Positions 1-9,901 of a stretch of DNA of 64,000 bases are shown one piece after another. How positions within the stretch are numbered: position 1 is the stretch's first letter; each line of letters begins with the position of its first letter. Source of the DNA: an uncultured bacterium. GTDB taxonomy: Bacteria > Cyanobacteriota > Vampirovibrionia > Gastranaerophilales > JAILCC01. The stretch covers positions 10,957 to 74,956 of the forward strand of contig CASDUJ010000008.1 in assembly GCA_949283935.1 (NCBI GenBank). The letters are read 5' to 3'. The position numbers and the translations under genes were made by a program. A model generated the notes under the pieces. The model did not search any database, had not been told where the DNA came from, and worked only from the letters and a program-made list of their open reading frames with translations.

Positions 1-50
1 CTTTCTCCTAAAAGATTTAAATTAGGTCCATTTATTACAAGTATTTTCAT
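1..50 (-). CDS. aroQ: Type II 3-dehydroquinate dehydratase, N-terminal fragment (runs off window)
   Basis: Manual translation MKILVINGPNLNLLGER matches the type II DHQase signature NGPNLNLLG.R. Not in the ORF track. Confidence 0.9.
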   Translation of the reverse strand, partial: MKILVINGPNLNLLGE

Positions 51-53
51 CTC

Positions 54-647
54 TTATTCCTTTGATAATAACAAATCATTTGTATCTGCAATTGATTTGT
101 AATAAGAAATTTGTTCCATTGAATTTTCTTTAAGTTTTGCTAATTGATTTTGTCCGCTATCAACTATATCCTTTAATTCTGCCATGTCATTAACCAAACG
201 TTTTAAAACACTTTCAGCATATCTATCTGCACCCTCTCTTATAGAAATAGCATCATTTATTACTTGTCTTTTTAATTTTAAACATTCGGCTACTGTTTTT
301 TCTCTAATTGCTTCTCTTTCATTATTTGTATCTTCTTTTATTTTTGCTGCCTGAATTTTAACATCTTTTAGAATTTCATTTTCTTCTATTCTTCTTGTTG
401 CTTCTTTTTTTGCTTCATTAAGAATTTGTTCCGCTGTGTTTTGTGCTTCTCTATGAATTTCATCTCGCCTTTTTAGCACAGAATTTGCTTCTTGTATTTC
501 CTTTGGCAAAACATCTCTGGTTCTGTCTATTAATTCTAAAAGTTCTTCTTTGTCCACAACTACAAAACGAGTTAAGGGAATAGCTTTTGCTCTTTCTAAT
601 ACTGCTTCCATATAATTTAATAATTTGTTTACGTTACTAATACTCAT
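54..647 (-). CDS. DivIVA-like coiled-coil protein (coaD-adjacent family, cyanobacterial Cdv3-like)
   Basis: N-terminal IPLT..VVVDKEELLELID..R..LP.EI.EA pattern, long coiled coil, GAD.YA motif; directly downstream of coaD. Confidence 0.75.
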   Translation of the reverse strand: MSISNVNKLLNYMEAVLERAKAIPLTRFVVVDKEELLELIDRTRDVLPKEIQEANSVLKRRDEIHREAQNTAEQILNEAKKEATRRIEENEILKDVKIQAAKIKEDTNNEREAIREKTVAECLKLKRQVINDAISIREGADRYAESVLKRLVNDMAELKDIVDSGQNQLAKLKENSMEQISYYKSIADTNDLLLSKE

Positions 648-650
648 AAT

Positions 651-1139
651 TCACCTCTTATTATGTTCTACTAAATATTTGCTAACTATTGGAGTTACAA
701 ATTTGTTTATATCTCCACCTAGTTTAGATACTTCTTTTACTATACTTGAAGAAATAAAATTATACTTTGATTTCGGAACTAAAAATATTGTTTCTATTTC
801 ATCATATATACTATTATTCATTTGTGCCATCTGCATTTCATATTCAAAATCACTTACTGCTCTTAAACCTCTAATAATAGCATTGGCATTTTTTTCTCTT
901 GCATATTTAGCAGTTAAGCCTTCAAAAGAATCTACTTCAACTTTTTCTAATCCTTCAATGGATTTTTTTATCATTTCTACTCTCTCTTGCACGGTAAACA
1001 TACTAGTTTTAGCAGGATTAATACTTACGGCAATAATAACTTTATCAAAAATTTTTATTGCTTTTTTTAATACATCTATATGACCTTTTGTTATGGGATC
1101 AAAACTTCCCGGATATATTGCAAGTGACACCTTTTCCAT
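651..1139 (-). CDS. coaD: Phosphopantetheine adenylyltransferase
   Basis: AIYPGSFDPITKGH, IIRGLRAVSDFEYE and ISSSIVKEV motifs. Confidence 0.98.
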   Translation of the reverse strand: MEKVSLAIYPGSFDPITKGHIDVLKKAIKIFDKVIIAVSINPAKTSMFTVQERVEMIKKSIEGLEKVEVDSFEGLTAKYAREKNANAIIRGLRAVSDFEYEMQMAQMNNSIYDEIETIFLVPKSKYNFISSSIVKEVSKLGGDINKFVTPIVSKYLVEHNKR

Positions 1140-1212
1140 CCTGAATTGATATTCGTACTTTTTTATTATACAGTTAATGCTGTAAAAACGTTAATATAAT
1201 AAGTTTTGTAAA

Positions 1213-1241
1213 GGGGGAGAAATAAAAATTATTTCTCCCCT
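1213..1241 (-). terminator. Probable intrinsic terminator after clpB
   Basis: Inverted repeat ggggagaaat...atttctcccc just after the clpB stop. Confidence 0.65.
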
Positions 1242-1265
1242 ACATTATAATTCTCTTTTATGCGG

Positions 1266-3890
1266 TTATTTTATTTGTGTTTTGTTTTTTAGAAAAATTA
1301 TTTTTCCGTCTTTTAAATCTATTTTTACAACTTTTGCATCATTAAATTTTCCTTCAAGAATTAATTTGGCAAGAGGATTTTCTATTAGCTGCCTTATAAT
1401 TCTCTTTAAAGGTCTTGCGCCAAATGCAGGGTCATATCCTTTCTTTGCTAAAAATGCTTTCGCTTCAGGTGTAATTTCAAATTCAAGTTCTTGTTCTTTT
1501 AATAAATCATCTAAATGTTTTAATTGAATATCAACTATTTTTTCCAATTGTTTTTGAGTTAAACCATCAAAGAAAACTATATCGTCTATTCGATTTAAAA
1601 ATTCCGGCTTAAAGTTTGTTCTTAAAAGTTCCATAACTTCTGTTTTTGTACGTTCTTTTGCTTCTATATTGTTTTCATTTAAAAGATTTTCCAAAATTAA
1701 GTTACTTCCAATATTGCTTGTCATAATAATAACTGTATTTTTAAAATCAACCGTTTTACCCTTAGAATCAGTTAAACGACCATCATCTAAAAGTTGCAGC
1801 ATAATATTAAATACATCAGGATGAGCTTTTTCTATCTCATCAAATAAAACAACACTATATGGTTTTCGTCTTACAGCTTCTGTTAATTGTCCTCCTTCTT
1901 CATATCCAACATATCCCGGAGGAGCTCCAACAAGTCTTGATACAGCAAATTTTTCCATATATTCAGACATATCTATTCTAACAAGTGCGTCTTCATCATT
2001 AAATAAAAATTCTGCTAATGATTTTGCTAGTTCTGTTTTCCCTACTCCAGTAGGCCCCAAAAATATAAAAGAACCAACCGGTCTACGAGGGTCATTTAAT
2101 CCAGCTCTTGCTCTTCTTATTGAATCAGATATAACATCTACAGCTTCTTCTTGACCTACAACTCTTTCATGAAGAAATTTTTCCATATGTAATAATTTTT
2201 GCTTTTCACTTTCCATTAGTTTTGTTACTGGAATTTTTGTCCATTTTGAAATTACTTCTGCTATGTCATCATCAGTAATTTCTTCTTTTAACAATTTTTT
2301 GTTTTCTTTTGGTGCATTTTTATTTTCTACAAAATTCTTTAACTTCTTTTCAAGTTCTATTAATTTACCATATTTTAATTCGGCCGCTTTCGCTAAATCA
2401 GTATTTCTTTCTGCTTTTTCTATTTCTATTTTTGTTCTTTCTATTTCATCTTTTATTGCTGATACATTTGAAATAGAATTTTTTTCTTTGTCCCATTGTG
2501 TTTTTATTTCATCTATTTTAACTTGTAATTTATTAATCTCTTCCGTTAGTTTGTCAACTTTCACTTTGGATTCTGCATCTTCTTCTTTTTTTAGTGCTTC
2601 TCTTTCTATTTCAAGCTGTATTTTTTGTCTTACTAAATTATCAAGTTCTTCTGGCATACTATCTATTTCTATTCGCAAAGAAGATGCTGCTTCATCAATT
2701 AAATCAATAGCTTTATCCGGTAAAAATCTGTCTGAGATATATCTGTCAGAAAGTTTGGCAGCAGCTATTAAAGCTGAATCTTTTATTGTTACACCATGGT
2801 GAACTTCGTATCTTTCTTTTAATCCTCTTAAAATACTTATTGTATCTTCTACTGTAGGCTCTTCTATTAAAACCGGCTGAAATCTGCGTTCTAATGCAGG
2901 ATCTTTTTCAATATATTTTCTGTATTCATTTAAAGTAGTAGCACCTATACAACGTAATTCACCTCGAGCAAGCATTGGTTTTAAAAGATTACCCGCATCC
3001 ATGGAACCTTCTCCCCCTCCTGCTCCAACCATTGTGTGCAATTCATCTATAAATAATATTATTTGACCTGCGGAACTTTTAACTTCTTTCAAAACGGATT
3101 TTAATCTTTCTTCAAATTCACCTTTATATTTAGCTCCTGCTATTAGTGCACCTAAATCTAAAGATACTAATATATCTCCTTTTAAATTTTCTGGTACATC
3201 TCCTCTGACAATTCTTAAAGCTAAAGCTTCAGCTATTGCAGTTTTTCCGACACCAGGTTCACCTATTAAAACAGGATTGTTTTTTGTTTTACGATTTAAA
3301 ACTTGTATTACCCTTCTTATTTCTTCATCTCTGCCTATTACTGGATCTAATTTCCCTTCTTTTGCAAGTTTTGTCAAATCTGTAGAATATTTTTCTAAAA
3401 CTTTGTAATTGTTTTCGGCATCTTGGTTATTTACTGTTGCATTACCTCTTATTTTTTTTAATGCATTTAAAATAGCATTTTTTGAAATATTATATTCTTT
3501 TAAAATTTTAGCTACATTATTCTCTGGTATATCTAACATTGCCAAAAGAAAATGTTCAAGACTTACAAAACTATCTTTCATTGATTCAGCTATTTCTGTA
3601 GCTTTGTTGTATAAATTGTTAAAATTTGAGGAAATATATATTTGATCATTGTTTTGTGTATATGAAATTTTAGGTAAATTATTTATTGCTGTTTGAACAT
3701 CTTCTCTTAAATTATCTGAGTTTATTTTTAATTCTTTCAATATGTCATGTATTACTGTTTTGTTATCTTCTAATGCGGTTAGCAAAAGATGTAATGGTTC
3801 AAGTTGATTATTTTGGTACCTTCTCATTGTGTCTTGTGACGCTAAAATAGTATTTTGAGCTTGCGTGGTTAATTTATTAAAATCTATCAT
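1266..3890 (-). CDS. clpB: ATP-dependent chaperone ClpB
   Basis: Two AAA+ modules ([16 protein letters not shown]) with a middle coiled-coil domain. Start moved to ATG 3890 (MIDFNKLT), which has a GAGGA RBS. Confidence 0.98.
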   Translation of the reverse strand: MIDFNKLTTQAQNTILASQDTMRRYQNNQLEPLHLLLTALEDNKTVIHDILKELKINSDNLREDVQTAINNLPKISYTQNNDQIYISSNFNNLYNKATEIAESMKDSFVSLEHFLLAMLDIPENNVAKILKEYNISKNAILNALKKIRGNATVNNQDAENNYKVLEKYSTDLTKLAKEGKLDPVIGRDEEIRRVIQVLNRKTKNNPVLIGEPGVGKTAIAEALALRIVRGDVPENLKGDILVSLDLGALIAGAKYKGEFEERLKSVLKEVKSSAGQIILFIDELHTMVGAGGGEGSMDAGNLLKPMLARGELRCIGATTLNEYRKYIEKDPALERRFQPVLIEEPTVEDTISILRGLKERYEVHHGVTIKDSALIAAAKLSDRYISDRFLPDKAIDLIDEAASSLRIEIDSMPEELDNLVRQKIQLEIEREALKKEEDAESKVKVDKLTEEINKLQVKIDEIKTQWDKEKNSISNVSAIKDEIERTKIEIEKAERNTDLAKAAELKYGKLIELEKKLKNFVENKNAPKENKKLLKEEITDDDIAEVISKWTKIPVTKLMESEKQKLLHMEKFLHERVVGQEEAVDVISDSIRRARAGLNDPRRPVGSFIFLGPTGVGKTELAKSLAEFLFNDEDALVRIDMSEYMEKFAVSRLVGAPPGYVGYEEGGQLTEAVRRKPYSVVLFDEIEKAHPDVFNIMLQLLDDGRLTDSKGKTVDFKNTVIIMTSNIGSNLILENLLNENNIEAKERTKTEVMELLRTNFKPEFLNRIDDIVFFDGLTQKQLEKIVDIQLKHLDDLLKEQELEFEITPEAKAFLAKKGYDPAFGARPLKRIIRQLIENPLAKLILEGKFNDAKVVKIDLKDGKIIFLKNKTQIK

Positions 3891-3978
3891 GGGTTCATCC
3901 TCTTTTATATATGTTTTTATTTTAACTTTTTTTGCATAAATCTCCATAAAAATTAATGTTTATTTAATAAAATTAAAT

Positions 3979-4020
3979 ATCTTGATTTTGTATTGACAAA
4001 TTCAAGATGTGATTTATAAT
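3979..4020 (+). promoter_or_regulatory. Sigma70-type promoter overlapped by a 30-bp imperfect palindrome (putative operator)
   Basis: TTGACA (3993-3998), 16 bp, TATAAT (4015-4020). Palindrome atcttga-t-tttgt-attg-acaaa-t-tcaagat at 3979-4008. Confidence 0.75.
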
Positions 4021-4039
4021 GTAATAAGGAGGACAAATT

Positions 4040-4522
4040 ATGCATTATTGTAATCATCAACAAAATTGTAATCACAAAGGAAATTGTCACAACAAACATA
4101 TAGAAAACAATTGTGGCAAGAAAACAGGTATTTGCTCACAACATCATCATGGAAATTGTTTAGCGGGTAATAAAAAAGGAAATAGAAGAAGATTGTTTGA
4201 AGAAAAATTCACGCAATATTTACTTGAAAATAAAATTCCCGAATTTCAATCAGATGAAGAATTTGAGCAATGGCTGTCAACAACAGAAGGGCAAAAATAT
4301 AATGCCGACATAGAACAAATATGGAAAGAAATAGAACAAACCTTCCCTTGGGGAGGAAAAAGAGAATTCGCAGGAAGAAGAAAAACTTGTGCAAAAAAAA
4401 TACCTTTCACAAGACGTATTAATGAAGATATATTAAAAATTTTGAAAGAATATAGCGAAAAACATTCTATAACAGAAACAGAAGCACTAGAAAAAGCAAT
4501 AATGTTGTTAGAAAACATATAA
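4040..4522 (+). CDS. His/Cys-rich protein with a C-terminal GGxRxxAGR motif and ribbon-helix-helix-like region (putative regulator)
   Basis: Strong AGGAGG RBS. First ~42 aa are rich in H and C. C-terminus WGGKREFAGRRK...PFTRRINEDILKILKEYSEKHSITETEALEKAI fits a strand-helix-helix pattern. Confidence 0.6.
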   Translation: MHYCNHQQNCNHKGNCHNKHIENNCGKKTGICSQHHHGNCLAGNKKGNRRRLFEEKFTQYLLENKIPEFQSDEEFEQWLSTTEGQKYNADIEQIWKEIEQTFPWGGKREFAGRRKTCAKKIPFTRRINEDILKILKEYSEKHSITETEALEKAIMLLENI

Positions 4523-4544
4523 TTAATAAATAGTTCTAAATTTT

Positions 4545-4585
4545 GGCTTTCCATTAGACCAAATGGTTTATGAAAAGCCTTTTTT
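4545..4585 (+). terminator. Probable intrinsic terminator
   Basis: ggcttt...aaagcc stem followed by a T-run. Confidence 0.6.
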
Positions 4586-4625
4586 CATGTGATATTATAA
4601 TAAATGTAAATAGTTGAGGATTTTT

Positions 4626-5513
4626 ATGAATAAATTTGTAAGAATAGGAAATATGGATGTAGGCGATGGTTTACCTTGCTTTTTTATAGCAGAAATTGGA
4701 ATTAACCATAATGGTTGCGTTAAAACTGCAAAAAAATTAATAGATTTAGCAGTTGCTTCAGGTTGTAGTGCTGTTAAATTCCAAAAAAGAACCATAGATG
4801 TTGTGTATACAAAAGAAGAATTAGCAATGCCTAGAACTAGTCCTTTTGGTGAAACAAATGGTGATTTAAAAAGAGGTCTTGAATTTAGCTTGCAAGAATA
4901 TGAAGAAATTGATAAATATTGCAAAGAAAAACATATTATGTGGTTTGCATCTTGTTGGGATGAAGCTTCTGTTGATTTTATAGACAAATTTAATCCCCCC
5001 TGTTATAAAATTTCTTCGGCAAGTTTAACTGATGATAATTTGCTAAAACATACAAGATCTAAAGGTAAACCAATATTGCTTTCTACAGGCATGAGTACTT
5101 TAGAAGAAATAGATCATGCTGTAAACATATTGGGAAAACAAAATTTAATAATATATCATTGTACTTCAACGTATCCAACAGATAATCATGAAATTAATTT
5201 GTCAGTTATCCCTGCATTAAAAACTCGTTATGAAGTTCCTATAGGTTTTTCAGGACACGAAAGAGGTCTTTTGTCATCAGTTTTGGCATATGCAATGGGA
5301 GCTTGTTCAGTAGAAAGACACATTACTCTTGATAGAACCATGTGGGGCTCAGATCATGCAGCAAGCCTTGAACCGGTTGGTTTGTATAAACTAATGAGAG
5401 ATATTAAAAATGTTCCAATTTTTATGGGTAATGGCAACAAAGTTGTTTATGAAAGTGAAAAACCTATAATTAAAAAATTAAGAAGAGTAAAAAATAAGGT
5501 TAGTGTAAATTGA
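4626..5513 (+). CDS. NeuB-family (N-acetylneuraminate/nonulosonate synthase) protein without a C-terminal SAF domain
   Basis: IAEIGINHNG, AVKFQKR, HCTSTYP, GFSGHE, ERHITLDR and GSDHAASLEP motifs; GAGGA RBS before ATG 4626. Confidence 0.9.
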   Translation: MNKFVRIGNMDVGDGLPCFFIAEIGINHNGCVKTAKKLIDLAVASGCSAVKFQKRTIDVVYTKEELAMPRTSPFGETNGDLKRGLEFSLQEYEEIDKYCKEKHIMWFASCWDEASVDFIDKFNPPCYKISSASLTDDNLLKHTRSKGKPILLSTGMSTLEEIDHAVNILGKQNLIIYHCTSTYPTDNHEINLSVIPALKTRYEVPIGFSGHERGLLSSVLAYAMGACSVERHITLDRTMWGSDHAASLEPVGLYKLMRDIKNVPIFMGNGNKVVYESEKPIIKKLRRVKNKVSVN

Positions 5514-5989
5514 TAAAATTACCAAAAGATATTGAGTATATCATTACTGATTTTGATGGTGTTATGACAGATGGATTTATTTATATCCCAAATAATTCAT
5601 CAAATTTTATTAAAAGACTTAATTTCAAGGATATTATGGCAATTTCAATAGCTCAAAAACATGGCTATAACGTTGGAATTATTTCAGGTGAAAAATGTAC
5701 AGCCATAGATTATATTAGCCAAAAATTTCATTTAAGTGAAGTTCACACAAATATTCGACAAAAAATTGATGTCATAAAAGATTTAATTGCCAGAATGAAC
5801 ATTAATCCTCAAAAAATATTATATGTAGGCGACGATGTTAATGATATTGAAACCTTAAAATTTGTTGGTTATCCAATTACTGTAAATAATGCAATTCAAG
5901 AAGTCAAAGCTATCAAAGGAATTCAAATAACTAAAAATGATGGTGGAAATGGAGCTTTTAGAGAAATTATTGATGCTTTAGTTTATTAA
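5510..5989 (+). CDS. KdsC/YrbI-family HAD sugar-phosphate phosphatase
   Basis: DFDGVMTDG, YVGDDVND and GGNGAFRE motifs; overlaps the NeuB-family stop codon. Confidence 0.88.
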   Translation: MIKLPKDIEYIITDFDGVMTDGFIYIPNNSSNFIKRLNFKDIMAISIAQKHGYNVGIISGEKCTAIDYISQKFHLSEVHTNIRQKIDVIKDLIARMNINPQKILYVGDDVNDIETLKFVGYPITVNNAIQEVKAIKGIQITKNDGGNGAFREIIDALVY

Positions 5990-6392
5990 AAATTTCTTCA
6001 AAACTATTAATTGGAACAAATTTATAACCACATTCTTCTGATATAGCCCCTCCCATCATAAAAATTTCTTCTACAGGATATTGCCTGCACAAAAGAGGAC
6101 GATTTTTATAAGCTTTACATTTCCCTGTATTTTTGTCTAGTTTAGAACATTCAAATACGAGTCCCGTTTCATCTTTTCCAACAATTTTTAAATAAGTATA
6201 AAAATAATGAAGTGTTTTTAAATATTCAAATTCTTTTTCATCATGAATTATGTTTTTGGCATGTCTTACATAAATTTGACTGCAACATCTTCCACAAGCT
6301 TTGCATTTTCCTGTTCTTATATAATGTTTTCCCAAAATTTTTGAAAGATAAAATTTCTTACATTGAGAAAAAAATGTACTCAAAAATTTCAT
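5967..6392 (-). CDS. YkgJ-family CxxCxxCC cysteine-cluster protein
   Basis: CKACGRCC ... C..L....GKC..Y..RP.LCR.YP. Confidence 0.85.
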   Translation of the reverse strand: MKFLSTFFSQCKKFYLSKILGKHYIRTGKCKACGRCCSQIYVRHAKNIIHDEKEFEYLKTLHYFYTYLKIVGKDETGLVFECSKLDKNTGKCKAYKNRPLLCRQYPVEEIFMMGGAISEECGYKFVPINSFEEIFNKLKHQ

Positions 6393-6393
6393 G

Positions 6394-7662
6394 TTAATGC
6401 TTCGCTTTCAACATATTATTTAGGGAATTGCCAAGAGCAGTTTGACATTTACTTACTAAATTAAAAACATTTTGTTCAAAATAACTATTTCTCCATAAAC
6501 TACTTGAAAGTTTACATTTTTCTAAAGCATATTCGTATTTACCCTTTTCGTATAATTCTTGAGCCATTTCAAAAGAAGTTAAAGCTGCTTGATAAAGAAT
6601 ATTAGTCTTAATTTTTAAATTATTAATTTGGTTAGTTATTTCACTTGTATTGGATAAAATTGCTAAATTTTCATAATAAACTAATGCATCATCGAATTTT
6701 TCTTGTTTGTTATATTCTTCGCATTGTGTTTTGTGTCTGCTTACATATTCTGGAGATGCAATTAATAAACTATGAAGCTTTTCTGCTGCCTTTTGAGCCA
6801 AAAAAACTTCTTGATTATTTTGCATTGTTCTTTGAATAAATGCCGTATAAAAAGCATATGCATTTACATTATCTTCTAGTTTTTCACAACACAAACCTAA
6901 ATTTAAACATAATTGTGTTTGCTTTTTATCAATTTTGTAAGCTTCTAGCCAATATAATTTTGCTTGGTCAAATTTTTCTAATTTATAAAAAATATTACCA
7001 ATATTGCTATATGTTTTAGCAAAATTTGGAAAAACTCTTAGTGATTCATAATACGATTGCAATGCCTTTCTGTAATATCCTTTTTTTTCAAAATAAATAC
7101 CTATTTTCATTTGCGCTATAGCATTTAGTTTGTGCATTGCTATTTTTTTGTGAATATTTTTATAATTATTGGATGTAACGCTTAACGTGCCTGATAAATA
7201 AAATTCATATAATAAAAATGCTTTTTTTCGATTGTTCATTTTTTCATATGTAATACCTAAGTTTATCAATGAAATTTCATTATGTGGATTTATGCAAAAA
7301 GCATTATAAAATTCTATGGCTGCATCTTGATAATTATCATTTGCCAAATAATAATTACCTAAATTTATATATGGATTTATTAAATATTTGTCTTGTTCTT
7401 TTGCCATTTTCCAATATTTTATTGCTTCTTGAGTATTAAGTAATTCATATTGGCAATTTGCGTAATTTACTAAAGTCTCCGGTTGATCAGGATATTTGTT
7501 ATGAGCTTCCATGAAAGTTTTAGAAGCTTCTTCAAATTCACGTTTTTCATACTGATGCACTCCTTTGGAAAACATCATTCTGTATTCTTCTTCCGCCGGT
7601 AGTTGAAGTTCTTTTTGTTCTTCTTGATTTAATTCAGGATTTTGATTTAAATTTACTTCCAT
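6394..7662 (-). CDS. Tetratricopeptide repeat protein
   Basis: Several ~34-aa NLG..Y / A...Y repeats. Confidence 0.85.
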   Translation of the reverse strand: MEVNLNQNPELNQEEQKELQLPAEEEYRMMFSKGVHQYEKREFEEASKTFMEAHNKYPDQPETLVNYANCQYELLNTQEAIKYWKMAKEQDKYLINPYINLGNYYLANDNYQDAAIEFYNAFCINPHNEISLINLGITYEKMNNRKKAFLLYEFYLSGTLSVTSNNYKNIHKKIAMHKLNAIAQMKIGIYFEKKGYYRKALQSYYESLRVFPNFAKTYSNIGNIFYKLEKFDQAKLYWLEAYKIDKKQTQLCLNLGLCCEKLEDNVNAYAFYTAFIQRTMQNNQEVFLAQKAAEKLHSLLIASPEYVSRHKTQCEEYNKQEKFDDALVYYENLAILSNTSEITNQINNLKIKTNILYQAALTSFEMAQELYEKGKYEYALEKCKLSSSLWRNSYFEQNVFNLVSKCQTALGNSLNNMLKAKH

Positions 7663-7685
7663 CTTCTTTTACTAGTTAACTTTTA

Positions 7686-8042
7686 TTATTGCTCTGGGCT
7701 AAATAAATCATTTAATACAGCAATGTCATTAAACATACTCTCTGCTAATTCCTCTTCTGATATGTCAATAATTCCTTTTTCCATTAAATTAACAACTTCT
7801 CTTGTTGCTTCCTCTTCTGATATATTATCTAAATATCCTGCATATCTATTAATTTCTTGTTCCTTTTGGTATAAATCTATAGCCTGCTGTGAAATGTTAC
7901 TTTCATCAATTAAATTGGTTTTGTTTATTCCATATGCGTTCTTTAATGCATTGTTTGAAATATTTTGCAAATTCTGAGTTTCTTGATTTTGCAAAGTATT
8001 TTGTGTATTTAAAAGGTTATTATCGTTAATTTTGTCAATCAC
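7686..8042 (-). CDS. Hypothetical protein, weakly FlgM-like
   Basis: N/Q-rich disordered N-terminus and a DESNISQQA motif resembling FlgM-type DxVxISxxA; GTG start with GGGTAGGA RBS. Confidence 0.5.
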   Translation of the reverse strand: MIDKINDNNLLNTQNTLQNQETQNLQNISNNALKNAYGINKTNLIDESNISQQAIDLYQKEQEINRYAGYLDNISEEEATREVVNLMEKGIIDISEEELAESMFNDIAVLNDLFSPEQ

Positions 8043-8350
8043 AATCTTTTCCTACCCCTTATCACATGTATATTATGCTTGTTTTAAAGGAATTTAGTAA
8101 TATCCTTTGGGTTTATTTTGTCTAAATCTTTTGGTCTATTTTTAAATTGTTTTTATTTTTCAAAATTTTTAATTCTCGCAAAATTACCCTAAATCTAATG
8201 TTTGAAACTTTTTATAAAAAATATAAAATATTTATAAAAATACTTTAATAACTATTGCGCAAAAAATTTTTTTTATGCTATTGTATGTTGTAATTGAGGT
8301 TTTATAATCTTATCATGTTGTAAAGTATTTTGATGGAGTTATGAAAGAAA

Positions 8351-8791
8351 TTGAACAATCACGCACAATACCCTGAAAAAACCCAAGCTACTTATTTGGG
8401 AAGACACATTTTGGCAGAATTTTTTGACTGTGACTCAAATGTTTTAAATAACTTAGAATTAATTGAAAAGAAAATGTCTGAAGCAGCTACGGCTTGTGGC
8501 GCTCATATTGTACAAACTTGTTTCCATATGTTTAATCCACATGGAGTAAGTGGAGTGGTTATTATTTCAGAATCACATTTAGCTATCCATACATGGCCTG
8601 AATTAGGTTATGCAGCCGTGGATTTATTTACTTGTGGAGAAAATTGTGATCCTAAAATTGCTTATGACTTTTTGAAACAAGCTTTTTCTTCAAAATCCGG
8701 TTCTTATTCAGAACTTAGAAGAGGAATGCTTGTATCTCCTGATTTGGTTCAAAAAGCACCTTTTTGCATAAAAGACCAAATTGAAGTATAA
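8351..8791 (+). CDS. speD: S-adenosylmethionine decarboxylase proenzyme
   Basis: LGRHILAEF and GVSGVVIISESHLAIHTWPE with the E-S self-cleavage site. The start is uncertain (see findings). Confidence 0.95.
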   Translation: MNNHAQYPEKTQATYLGRHILAEFFDCDSNVLNNLELIEKKMSEAATACGAHIVQTCFHMFNPHGVSGVVIISESHLAIHTWPELGYAAVDLFTCGENCDPKIAYDFLKQAFSSKSGSYSELRRGMLVSPDLVQKAPFCIKDQIEV

Positions 8792-8814
8792 TAATTTTAC
8801 ACACTTAGAAATTA

Positions 8815-8846
8815 AAACGACCCAGCAGTTTGGGTCGTTTCTTTTT
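8815..8846 (+). terminator. Intrinsic terminator after speD
   Basis: aaacgaccca-gcagtt-tgggtcgttt followed by a T-rich tail. Confidence 0.8.
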
Positions 8847-8962
8847 GCTAAGTTTTGTAAAATTTTTCCAAAAATAAGAATAAATTTAATTTAATTAGGG
8901 TATAAAAAACTTAGCGTTACAAAAATACAAGGATGTGTATTAGTAAGATAAGGAGAATCTTT

Positions 8963-9805
8963 ATGCCTAGTATTGATCTCAATACAAATGTTTTGTCTTT
9001 GGTTTTGCAAAACAATTTGTCTAAAACAACTCAAGCTTTACGTTCTTCTATGGAAAAACTTTCAACTGGCAAAAAAATTAACAAAGCTTCAGATGGAGCT
9101 GCACAACTTTCTATTTCAACAAAATTAGAAACTCAAATTTCAGGAAATACTATTGCTCAATCTAATGTGCAACAGGGAATGTTGGTTTTAAACCAAACAG
9201 ATTCTGGACTGCAAAATATTAATGAAAATTTAGTTAAAATTAGAGATTTAGCTGTTCAGGCTTCAACTGATACTTATAGCCAAGAACAAAGAAATGCAAT
9301 GGAATTAGAGGCCCAAGGATATTTAGATCAAATTAATAATATTGCCATTTCTACTTCTTTTAATGGTTTATCTTTACTTGATGGCAGTATTACAGATCTA
9401 AAATTACAAATAGGTGCTAATTCAGAAGATACCATGAATATTGGCAATGCTTTTTTAAGTGCTGAAGGCTCTTCTTTGGGCTTAACTTCTGCTGCTTTAA
9501 ATACTGCTTTTTCTTCTGCAAACAATGCTAATTCTTTCATTGAAACAGTAGATTCTGCCATATCTCAAGTTTCTTCTCATTTATCTGTTGTTGGAGCATT
9601 TTCTAATTCTCTTGATTCAACTTTAAATTCTTTGGCTGTTGAACAAATTAATCTGGAATCTTCAAAATCTTTAATTATGGATGTAGATTATGCAAGTGAA
9701 ATTTCAAAATTTGTACAACTACAAATACTACAACAAGCTTCTGTAAGTTTACTTTCTCAAGCAAATATGCAACCTTCTCTTGCATTAAATCTGCTTAATG
9801 GCTAA
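8963..9805 (+). CDS. Flagellin (short, ~280 aa)
   Basis: N-terminal LNTN...EKLSTGKKINKASD and C-terminal S.IMDVDYASE...ILQQAS.SLLSQAN..P..ALNLL; AAGGAG RBS before ATG 8963. Confidence 0.92.
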   Translation: MPSIDLNTNVLSLVLQNNLSKTTQALRSSMEKLSTGKKINKASDGAAQLSISTKLETQISGNTIAQSNVQQGMLVLNQTDSGLQNINENLVKIRDLAVQASTDTYSQEQRNAMELEAQGYLDQINNIAISTSFNGLSLLDGSITDLKLQIGANSEDTMNIGNAFLSAEGSSLGLTSAALNTAFSSANNANSFIETVDSAISQVSSHLSVVGAFSNSLDSTLNSLAVEQINLESSKSLIMDVDYASEISKFVQLQILQQASVSLLSQANMQPSLALNLLNG

Positions 9806-9901
9806 GTTAAAAAGCCTATATTTTTTAGACTCCTTATTATTTACAATTGTTTAAACAAATGCTATTATATATGCCGCAATAGATTAATAAGGAGTTTTTG
9901 T

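Noticed and set aside
3891-3947. N-terminal extension of ClpB in the ORF track
   Set aside because: The RBS and the start of the Clp N-domain both point to ATG 3890.
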